Positions 1 through 7,178 of a DNA stretch of 12,952 nt are shown in pieces. The notes under the pieces were generated by a model. It saw only the letters and a program-made list of their open reading frames with translations. It was not told the DNA's origin and searched no databases. The DNA is taken from NCBI GenBank assembly GCA_044345055.1, contig JBIJBT010000077.1, forward strand, positions 1 to 12,952, written 5' to 3'. The translations under genes and the position numbers were made by a program. The stretch is from Bdellovibrionota bacterium. GTDB lineage: Bacteria; Bdellovibrionota_C; UBA2361; OMIW01. The number at the start of each line of letters is the position of its first letter. Within the stretch, counting starts at the first letter, position 1.

Positions 1-84
1 AAGAGGTTCAAGCAACTCGTAGATGAGTGGATTGACCTCGCAATCGAACAGGCTAAACTAACCGAAAAAGAGGACGATGATTAG
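1..84 (+). CDS. Partial C-terminus of a small IS-associated protein (DUF6788-like)
   Basis: Frame 1 reads KRFKQLVDEWIDLAIEQAKLTEKEDDD* with TAG at 82-84. From memory, this amphipathic helix resembles the C-termini of DUF6788 proteins found next to transposases; not verified. Confidence 0.45.
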   Translation, partial: KRFKQLVDEWIDLAIEQAKLTEKEDDD

Positions 85-108
85 GGGGAGAACTCCCGAC
101 TCTCAAGT
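1..108 (+). mobile_element. Terminal segment of a probable multicopy insertion sequence (left copy), running off the window
   Basis: Bases 3-108 are the exact reverse complement of 12847-12952. Identity stops abruptly after ...GGGGGAGAACTCCCGACTCTCAAGT and the inner flanks differ, as expected at an element boundary. The IS identity is inferred. Confidence 0.65.
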
Positions 109-123
109 AAAGGACTCTACCCT

Positions 124-1332
124 TTGCCAAAAATATCATCCACACAAACCCTTCCGCTTCCCGTTCAGTACTGGATTTTTATCATTGCTAGGCGATTTGT
201 AGTGGGTCTGCCATGTCTTTATCTGCACATTGCCTCTCAGGGTTTAAGCTCTTTTGATATAGGATGTTGCCTATCTGTGATGGCGGCTGCGCAGCTTTTT
301 TGCGAAGTACCTAGTGGGATTGCTTCCGATAGACTTGGACGAAAAAAGACACTTATCGTCGCTGCCTCAGCGCGGTTGGTAGCTTGGCTCCTTATTGGCT
401 TATCCAGTAGTACGGTCGGGTTCTTGTTTGGGTTTTTCTTTCTCGGTACAGCCGTTGCATTCGAATCGGGAACAGACAGCGCATTTCTCTTTGATACTCT
501 TCGCGAGCGAAACGAATCGTATCGGTATGGGAACCTTGAGGCGCGCTCTTATCAGCTCGGACTTTTTTCGATGGGATGTGCAAATCTATTAGGTGGATTC
601 CTGATGGTTTTCGGCTTTCAGATTCCAATTCTTGCGACAATTCCTCCGATGATCATCTATCTTGGGTCGACTATTTTCCTCAAAGAGCCGTCTTTTCAGC
701 GTGCTCGTTCAACGACAGATTTTCTATCGCAGCTGCGAACCGGCTTGAAACAGATCATCGCTAATCAAAGTCTCTGTGCAATCACCGCTATCGCCGTCTG
801 TATAATCGCAGCGTGTGAAATTTACTTCCGTTTTGTCCAACAATTCATGACGGGGACTATTGGAATCGCGCCGACCTATTTAGGTTCGATCTATTTTTTC
901 TGGTTACTTGTTTCGGTTGTAGCCTCTCGGATCGGTCAAAGTTCTCATTTGCAGAGCCGACCTCTATTCACAATCCTCATGTGCGCTCTCACATGTGGAG
1001 GATCATTTATCTTCCTTGGTACGGCGTCGGTGGCTCCGATCGTACTCTTGGTGGCAACCATTCTACCGCAATCTGCGTACGGAATTGTACCGACTGTTTT
1101 TCGAAGTGAGCTCAATCGCGAGCTTCCCAGCTCTGTTCGGGCAACGGTGCTTTCAGTATTCGGTTTGGGAACCTCGTCGGTGATGGTCGTCGGAGGTTTC
1201 GTTTGTGGATGGATCGCTGCAACTTACTCAACTGGCGCTGCGTTCTTGGGTGAAGGTGCAGCTATTATTATCGTCGCTATAATTGGACTCTGGATCAGTC
1301 TTCGGAGGGGTGACGGCGAGAGGGGTGGTTAA
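124..1332 (+). CDS. Major facilitator superfamily (MFS) transporter
   Basis: 402 aa with about 12 hydrophobic segments. MFS motif A-like EVPSGIASDRLGRKK, then ESGTDSAFLFDTL and PSSVRATVLS motifs typical of MFS_1 exporters. The TTG start is uncertain. Confidence 0.92.
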   Translation: MPKISSTQTLPLPVQYWIFIIARRFVVGLPCLYLHIASQGLSSFDIGCCLSVMAAAQLFCEVPSGIASDRLGRKKTLIVAASARLVAWLLIGLSSSTVGFLFGFFFLGTAVAFESGTDSAFLFDTLRERNESYRYGNLEARSYQLGLFSMGCANLLGGFLMVFGFQIPILATIPPMIIYLGSTIFLKEPSFQRARSTTDFLSQLRTGLKQIIANQSLCAITAIAVCIIAACEIYFRFVQQFMTGTIGIAPTYLGSIYFFWLLVSVVASRIGQSSHLQSRPLFTILMCALTCGGSFIFLGTASVAPIVLLVATILPQSAYGIVPTVFRSELNRELPSSVRATVLSVFGLGTSSVMVVGGFVCGWIAATYSTGAAFLGEGAAIIIVAIIGLWISLRRGDGERGG

Positions 1333-1431
1333 ATTTGGTGCTAGACGATGCCTCTAGTTATTGGATAAATTGCCGCTAAACAATAGATTAATTTCATCGA
1401 AGTAGATCTGTTTAGAGTGCCATATTCACCA

Positions 1432-2247
1432 TCAACCGATCGCCTCAAAATTTGCCCGGAATTCAGGTCCCGGATAAAAGTCGGTGAAATCTCGCAGTAA
1501 ACGGTGAATACCCATCGGGACTTCGCCGTATACCGATCGAAACAGATCAGAGAGGTTGTCGGCCTCAAAGGGGTCTCCGAGCTGTTCAAGGAGGCGGCCC
1601 TGTAGACCATCTGTTAGCCCTTTTTCGAGCGCAGCGAGGATGGTTGAGCTCTCTATAGGAGAGAATATGGGCGTCTCATTAAGGATAATAGTGCGATCGC
1701 GCCCAGACTCGCTCAATTCGCAGCTTCCAGAGAGTGCCGTAAGGGCTGGCAACAAAGCGGTGCGGATTGCGTTGGCCCGCTGTTCCCCGTCGTCTCCCTG
1801 AAGAAGGGCAGCACCGAACAGTTCACTCGCACCCTGGAGCCACCGATTTGGCGCGGACCACTCCTCAAGACAGGAAAAGCGAACCGTTGGTGCCGAGAGC
1901 TGTTGCGAGAAGAGCTGCCGTTGTAATCCGACAACGAGCAGCTCTACCCTCGCATCAAATAGCCCAAGCTCGACCCGATCCCAGGCACCACTATTATTCC
2001 ACTCGGAAAGAACTTGCCCGTAGCGAAGAGCAAGTTGACGACCGAACGGATGAAGCAGCTCGTGAATCGCTTGATCTTTAATCGGAACAGTTCCGGAAAA
2101 GTTTGCAAATGAGATGTCAGTAGAAACCTGCGGCATCGCACCTGAGGGTGGAGAGTAGATTACTCTATCTCGGTAAGAGCCGAGCTCCCACGTTAATACA
2201 CCCGTTTCTTGAACTGAAGTTGTTTGCTTCCGATCAATACTGACCAC
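1432..2247 (-). CDS. Hypothetical protein (271 aa), contains HELLH
   Basis: Longest ORF in this interval. GTG start is preceded by an RBS-like GGGAGAAGG. No family recognised. Confidence 0.7.
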   Translation of the reverse strand: MVSIDRKQTTSVQETGVLTWELGSYRDRVIYSPPSGAMPQVSTDISFANFSGTVPIKDQAIHELLHPFGRQLALRYGQVLSEWNNSGAWDRVELGLFDARVELLVVGLQRQLFSQQLSAPTVRFSCLEEWSAPNRWLQGASELFGAALLQGDDGEQRANAIRTALLPALTALSGSCELSESGRDRTIILNETPIFSPIESSTILAALEKGLTDGLQGRLLEQLGDPFEADNLSDLFRSVYGEVPMGIHRLLRDFTDFYPGPEFRANFEAIG

Positions 2248-2281
2248 GTGCCTTCTCCCGTATTACCAAGTCACCGCCATA

Positions 2282-2311
2282 ACTATAATCAAATGCAGCG
2301 TCTTTGCTCAA
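2282..2311 (-). promoter_or_regulatory. Putative sigma70-type promoter for the 271-aa gene
   Basis: Minus strand reads TTGAGC-18 nt-TATAGT about 35 bp upstream of the start codon. Confidence 0.3.
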
Positions 2312-2352
2312 GCCTCAGGGGTTCGAGAAGATGATAGGCGAGTCGCATGAGA

Positions 2353-2376
2353 CCTCTATTGCTCAGAGGTGTAGAA
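2353..2376. repeat. Palindromic repeat family copy R1 (degenerate)
   Basis: CCTCTATTGCTCAGAGGTGTAGAA, centre A at 2365. Confidence 0.8.
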
Positions 2377-2410
2377 ACCCGGGTTAATTTTGCCTGCTTC
2401 GAATGACCCC

Positions 2411-2441
2411 CTAACTCTATGTCTCAGAGGTATAGAGTTAG
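2411..2441. repeat. Palindromic repeat family copy R2
   Basis: CTAACTCTATGTCTC-A-GAGGTATAGAGTTAG, a 31-bp near-perfect palindrome with centre A at 2426. Confidence 0.9.
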
Positions 2442-2505
2442 AAAAATCATCCCCAAATCACCGCCACTCCGTATCGCGAAAAAGTCTCATCATTTGTAAC
2501 AATGA

Positions 2506-2542
2506 CCCCTATCTCTATACCTCAGAGGTATAGAGATAGGGG
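2506..2542. repeat. Palindromic repeat family copy R3 (perfect 18-1-18)
   Basis: CCCCTATCTCTATACCTC-A-GAGGTATAGAGATAGGGG, centre A at 2524. Confidence 0.92.
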
Positions 2543-2631
2543 GAGGATAGCAACAATAAAACTCAATCCCCTCGCTAACAAAGCAGCGCGAGTCCACCTT
2601 AATCGAGAGATCTACGGTTTTAGCTTTTCTC

Positions 2632-3789
2632 TTAAATCTCCTCCAATGCTCGCTCCCACGGCAGGGCACGAATCCGATTCGAGACCTGCTCGATACGATC
2701 TCGCGATACGAGGAAACCTTCGGCTTCGGGGAAATCTGGAAGGAGTCGGCGCAATGTCGAAAAATCACGCTCGGTCACAGTATCTATCGATTTGATTTCG
2801 ATAAATGCAAGGGGCTTTCCCGGCCGCTCTATAACTAGATCGATCTCAAGTCTTGACTTGGTTTGCAGATAACTGAAACGATAATCATTGCGTTCGTATT
2901 GAGCCCGCTTAAACCATTCAACGACCAAAAATTGCTCAAACAGCGAGCCTCCGTAGCTCGTTCCCCAGAGAGGATCCACCTTCAGCATACGTGCGAGCGC
3001 TCGCGCGACACCCACATCGAACAGGTACCATTTAGGCGCCTGACGCACCTGTCTGCGAACAGATGTGTGAAATGCATCGAGTGCGATACCTAGATGTGTA
3101 TCCTCAAGTATCTGAAAGAACGACAGCACTGTTTTCGATGATATCCCTATCTGATCGGCTAGTTTTTTGCTGTTGAGGATCGCGCCATTTACACTTGCTG
3201 TAACTTCGAGAAATCGGCGAAAAGGCTCTGTTTTGCGTACGATCTGCTCCGCAATTATTTCCTCCTTCAGGTAGGTGTATCCGTAACTAGAGAGATAATC
3301 TAATCGGTCCTCGTCGCTCGTGAGCGAGTAGATCCTCGGAAGCATCCCCCACCGCATCGCATCCTCAAGGTGAAAGGAGGATCCTAGCTCTACAGGAGTA
3401 AACGGGTAGAGATAACGAACGAACGCGCGACCCGCAAGAAGATTTGCCGCTCCCAATTTTAACTTCCTCGCACTTGAACTGGTCAAAATATATTGGCGAG
3501 GTGTTGGATCATTTTCAATCAACCAGTGAACTTCATCGAGCAGTGATGGAATTTTCTGCACCTCATCGATGACAACGTGATGGATCTCGGGGGAAAGTGC
3601 CTGTACCTGTCGCCGAAAATATCGAGGGTCGCGCAGGATCGCCTCTTCGGTCTCTCGTAGAAGGAGGTCAAGATATAGCGTCTCTGCTGGGAGTAGCGAG
3701 GCTTTAAGAAGAGTAGACTTCCCTGTCCCGCGCGCGCCAAACAGAAAAAAGCTCTGTTCTTTTGGGATGTTGACTTTTCGTTGGAGCAT
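2632..3789 (-). CDS. AAA+ ATPase (AAA_14) with DUF4143 and C-terminal PD-(D/E)xK-like motif
   Basis: Walker A GARGTGKS, Walker B VVIDEVQ, LAGRA, WGMLP, PKWYLFDVG, GSLFE, and C-terminal EIDLVIE...FIEIKS. Confidence 0.93.
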   Translation of the reverse strand: MLQRKVNIPKEQSFFLFGARGTGKSTLLKASLLPAETLYLDLLLRETEEAILRDPRYFRRQVQALSPEIHHVVIDEVQKIPSLLDEVHWLIENDPTPRQYILTSSSARKLKLGAANLLAGRAFVRYLYPFTPVELGSSFHLEDAMRWGMLPRIYSLTSDEDRLDYLSSYGYTYLKEEIIAEQIVRKTEPFRRFLEVTASVNGAILNSKKLADQIGISSKTVLSFFQILEDTHLGIALDAFHTSVRRQVRQAPKWYLFDVGVARALARMLKVDPLWGTSYGGSLFEQFLVVEWFKRAQYERNDYRFSYLQTKSRLEIDLVIERPGKPLAFIEIKSIDTVTERDFSTLRRLLPDFPEAEGFLVSRDRIEQVSNRIRALPWERALEEI

Positions 3790-4089
3790 ACTTCACATAA
3801 AGTGGCTTTTTTTGGAGTATGCTCTACTTTGTGCGGGTGCGTAAATAAATTTTGCTGCATGGAATATGCGTAGCTCTTGGGTTTTGAGGTTTGGATAGGG
3901 TTAGCGACGGGTGACATATACTCATCGAAGAGGAGATACGGTTGGTCTCTAATACTTGGAGGAATGGTGAAATATAGAAGGAACTCTACGCCTCTTGGTT
4001 AATGAGGGCTGGGACGCGGACCTCTATTCCCTCGATCTAAAGATATTCCCTTAAAAAAGTTTATGAGCTCTTTTCACCACTCCAACCAT

Positions 4090-4611
4090 CTAATCTTGAC
4101 CGTGTCCGGCTATTTCTGCTGCATCGACAACGAGTTCGATGCATCCTTCCCTTAGCAACTCAATAGGAATCCTATTGTCTAGCTTCCGATGAGGGCAAGT
4201 GAGCCATAACGCCTGCGTTAGCGGGGAGAAATCTAAAACTTGCAATACCTGCGAAAGACCAGCGACGGTACGATTGCTACTCGCGGTGTCAAACTGACAG
4301 GCGGGGAAAAGTCGCTCGCCGCCGATATCGAGAGCTAAAATCTTCTTTTCGTCGATGAAGGCTTGAATTTCTGCGCTATCGACACCTAATCGCTTCTCGA
4401 CTTCCTTTTCTTTAATACAAACTTTCCTCAGATCTTCTACAAGTTGTTCCACACGTGCCAAGGAGAGTTGCGTCAGTTGCTCTGCCTCTTTTTCGGTTGG
4501 CGCTGAACCGAGCCATTCATCGAGCGAATCGCTCGGGACTCCTGTGGTTGGCAATCGCTTGTAATGTTCTTCCTCGTTCCCTGTAGAAATGGGTTGATGA
4601 TTAATAGTCAT
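4090..4611 (-). CDS. Putative antitoxin-like DNA-binding protein with MbcA/ParS/Xre-type C-terminal domain (Rv2175c-like architecture)
   Basis: FPACQFD...GLSQVLQVL...WLTCPHRKLDNRIPIELLREG matches the W-L-x-x-P-x-x-x-L-x-x-x-x-P-x-x-L-L pattern of this domain. A probable wHTH (EVEKRLGVDSAEI) lies upstream. Confidence 0.75.
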   Translation of the reverse strand: MTINHQPISTGNEEEHYKRLPTTGVPSDSLDEWLGSAPTEKEAEQLTQLSLARVEQLVEDLRKVCIKEKEVEKRLGVDSAEIQAFIDEKKILALDIGGERLFPACQFDTASSNRTVAGLSQVLQVLDFSPLTQALWLTCPHRKLDNRIPIELLREGCIELVVDAAEIAGHGQD

Positions 4612-4792
4612 GATGTACCTTGTTGGTAAGGGGCTGCTCGATAATCAAATGGATCGCAAACAGGCATACAACGCTAAAAAATTTATCCGAGGGCTCAAAC
4701 AACCGCAAACATTAACCCCGCTCCGCGTTTGCAAACATACGGAGCTTCTTAATTAGCCGCGGAATTTGGCCCGGAAGTTTTTACCACTCACC

Positions 4793-6130
4793 CTATGAGA
4801 GCAATTCTGGCAATCGAAACACGAGATAAAACGGAACCGATATCAACTCATAGGAGGTGTTTCCAATCGTTACCTGTTTGCGTGCCAGTTTGCAATCTCC
4901 GATCCGGATGGCCCTTCCTTCGGGAGCGTGAAGGGCGAATTGATGGAGTGAGCGTAGTTTGCCTGATGCTCCCGATTTGACCTCGATTCCAATGACTTTT
5001 CCGTCGATCGTTGTTGTATAGTCCAGCTCTGCTGACCCCTCTGATCCGTGACGACACCAGTAGAAAAGCTCCGGGCGGCGTGAAGAGTTCAGCGCTATTA
5101 GCTCCTGACCGACGACCTGATCGGCTGCCCGTCCTCTATACAGATCGGTGAGCTTTATTCCCTCTTGATACGACTCAGTGAGGTGTGCGGCATAATTCAC
5201 TAGTCCGATATCGAGGAAGAGGAGTTTCTTGGCGCGCCGTGGTTGCTCACCAAGAGGTGGATTGATGGCTTGAGTAGGACGTATTTGATGAAGGAGAAGA
5301 ACTTGTTCAAGCAGATCGAACGCACGATGCATATCACGACTTTTTCGCCCACCTCTGGCGAAGTTTTCGTACTTGAAGGTTGATCCAACTTCGTGGGGAG
5401 CGTGATTGAGAACAAAGGCGATATCGTTTGCTTCCGCTTCACGAGCATACTTGAATATGTCCTCTCTGAATCCGGATAGGAGTGATTCATAGATCGTGGT
5501 GATTCGCTTCGGTGTGGCTCCCGCAAGCCGAGCTGCGGCAATCTCAGGCATTCCTCCCCACCGCATAAAAGAACTAAATGCTCCCATCGCCTCCGTATGG
5601 AGCACATCGCTAATAGGGTCGCCAAGGGCAACGCTGCGGAGTAGTTTCAGAAGTTTGTCGAACCCGAAAATAGAGAGATGTTCGTCGAAAGTAAGGGGAA
5701 ATAGATACTGATTATCAACTCGCCCAACGGGAACAGAGAGACCTGCTCGTTTGATACTCGCCTCAAGATGCGAACCCGCGGCTATAACGGCGAGGCTGGG
5801 ACGTTCCTCATAAAAAAATCGGAGCATCGTTATCATCGCAGGGAGCTGTTGAATCTCATCGATGAAAACGAGTGTTCGATCATCGCGTACCGGAACACCG
5901 GTAATAAGCTCGATCGCCTCAATCGTCGAGGGAAGATCGGTCGCTCGCGCAAGCAGCAGTCGATGGCGTTCGTTTTCAAGATTGATCTCTGCGTAGTACT
6001 CAAAGCCCTGACCAAAAAGCCGAACTACAGAGGATTTTCCAACCTGCCGCGCTCCTCGGAGAAGAAGAGGTTTTCGGAGTGGATCCGCTCGCCATGAGGT
6101 AAGATTTGGGATAATCGCTCGAGTAAACAA
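4793..6130 (-). CDS. AAA+ ATPase (AAA_14) with DUF4143, about 445-aa subtype
   Basis: RKPLLLRGARQVGKS (Walker A), VFIDEIQ (Walker B), IAAGS, PVGRV, GGMPE, KLLFLDIGL, and C-terminal AELDY...IEVKSG...LRSL. TTG start with GAGGT RBS. Confidence 0.93.
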   Translation of the reverse strand: MFTRAIIPNLTSWRADPLRKPLLLRGARQVGKSSVVRLFGQGFEYYAEINLENERHRLLLARATDLPSTIEAIELITGVPVRDDRTLVFIDEIQQLPAMITMLRFFYEERPSLAVIAAGSHLEASIKRAGLSVPVGRVDNQYLFPLTFDEHLSIFGFDKLLKLLRSVALGDPISDVLHTEAMGAFSSFMRWGGMPEIAAARLAGATPKRITTIYESLLSGFREDIFKYAREAEANDIAFVLNHAPHEVGSTFKYENFARGGRKSRDMHRAFDLLEQVLLLHQIRPTQAINPPLGEQPRRAKKLLFLDIGLVNYAAHLTESYQEGIKLTDLYRGRAADQVVGQELIALNSSRRPELFYWCRHGSEGSAELDYTTTIDGKVIGIEVKSGASGKLRSLHQFALHAPEGRAIRIGDCKLARKQVTIGNTSYELISVPFYLVFRLPELLS

Positions 6131-6254
6131 AGAATTACCTCGCTATAATTTGGGGTGGGGAGCCGAAAGTAGGTAATTTGTGTCGAAGTAGGTACCTGTT
6201 TATAGCACGAATTGGCATAAAGAGGTACCTGTTTTGTGGGAGGCTCGGGGCTAG

Positions 6255-6284
6255 TCCTCTCTGTCTCAGAGGTGTAGAGGTAGG
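6255..6284. repeat. Palindromic repeat family copy R4; exact 30-bp direct repeat with R5
   Basis: TCCTCTCTGTCTCAGAGGTGTAGAGGTAGG, identical to 8574-8603. Confidence 0.93.
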
Positions 6285-6963
6285 GTGGGGTGGCTTCTCC
6301 GTGTGCATTCGGTACTAACGTATTAGCCTTGATTCTTATCACAAACGGGTTTTTAAGATTCTCAAGATATTTGAACCATTCTTTCCCTATAAACTCGCGG
6401 TCCGCGAGAATACCTGCTATTCGTTCTTGCCCAAAGTACGAGATGATGCGGTTGATGATCTTAATTCGCTCTGCTGTATTGGAATTGCCCCGCCTATCCA
6501 AAATCTCCCATACGATCGGTATAGCAATCTCTTTGTATACGACTCCCACCATCAGAATGTTGATGTCTTTCGTACCATACTGCCAATTGGTCCGATCCAT
6601 CGTAAGAAAAACTTTTTCGTTCGGATCGGTGAATAAAGATAGTAAGTACTTGGCAACCTTCTCAAAATTAAAATCCGCCTCCGCAAAAAACGCTGCATAC
6701 GGCGATACCATGACGAGGTAAGCCCATCAGACGAACAGCTCTGACAAACCCTCTTCAAATTCACCGTCCGAGCCTGAACAATACCAACTACCATCGCCGC
6801 AACACACGTCTGCCGAGGTTTGCTTAGACCGATATTCGCCTGTACTATCCTACTCAACCCCTTAGTATTATCCATAAAACCCTCCTTGGTGGTTTAAGCG
6901 CTTCAAGGATAGGGTATTTTAATGTAATATCAAGGGTTTATCTGCTTTTTGTCGCGTACAGAG
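6285..6963 (-). mobile_element. Truncated IS4-family element (IS10-like group); left end retained, right half missing
   Basis: Minus strand starts at 6963 with CTCTGTACGCGACAAAAA, resembling an IS4-family IR. It is followed by RBS AAGGAGG and a transposase start at 6875. No matching second IR was seen in the window. Confidence 0.8.
6290..6875 (-). pseudogene. IS4-family DDE transposase, frameshifted and 3'-truncated
   Basis: The N-terminal frame (…RTVNL…SWYRRMQRF) joins the second frame (FAEADF…MDRTNWQYG…AIPIVW…GNS…ILADREFIG…FVIRIK) across a T6 run (plus-strand A6 at 6685-6690). Similarity ends at about NAHG; the catalytic Glu (YREK) region is absent. Confidence 0.88.
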
Positions 6964-7087
6964 GATTGGCACACCTAAACCTACCATGGGTCTCTATACT
7001 TTTTTCAAAAGAGATCCGCGGGTTCAATTGAAATAGTCAGGTGCCGCTGCGAGAAACCGCTCCATGGGTTCTTTAGGGGGGCTCCAA

Positions 7088-7122
7088 GCACACAAAATCG
7101 CTTTTAGTATGATTTCGTGTGC
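7088..7122 (+). promoter_or_regulatory. Inverted repeat (putative operator) overlapping a -10-like TATGAT upstream of the permease
   Basis: GCACACAAAATC-11 nt-GATTTCGTGTGC (11/12 match), with TATGAT at 7108-7113. Confidence 0.4.
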
Positions 7123-7178
7123 GTCGCCCAAACGTCTCTCGAAGATCAATCTTTAGAATTATTATTTTGTGAGGAGAC

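Noticed and set aside
2351..2545. CRISPR array
   Set aside because: Only three divergent repeats with unequal periods (61 and 98 bp), further copies dispersed singly, and no cas genes in the window.
2490..2795. 92-aa and 97-aa ORFs sharing PISIPxRYRDRG
   Set aside because: The shared peptide comes from translating both strands of palindrome R3, and both ORFs overlap the ATPase.
4720..4745. Hairpin GCTCCG…CGGAGC as terminator of the 445-aa ATPase
   Set aside because: The stem exists but there is no U-tract on the coding (minus) strand, so the function is unsupported.
6025..6289. C-terminal part of the 228-aa ORF as real transposase sequence
   Set aside because: It is read-through across repeat R4 and the ATPase upstream region, and it overlaps the ATPase gene in another frame.
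7030..7085. TPP riboswitch upstream of the NCS1 permease
   Set aside because: GGTGC…CTGCGAGA only loosely recalls the GCTGAGA motif, and the downstream conserved elements are not recognisable. An Rfam/Infernal scan would settle it.
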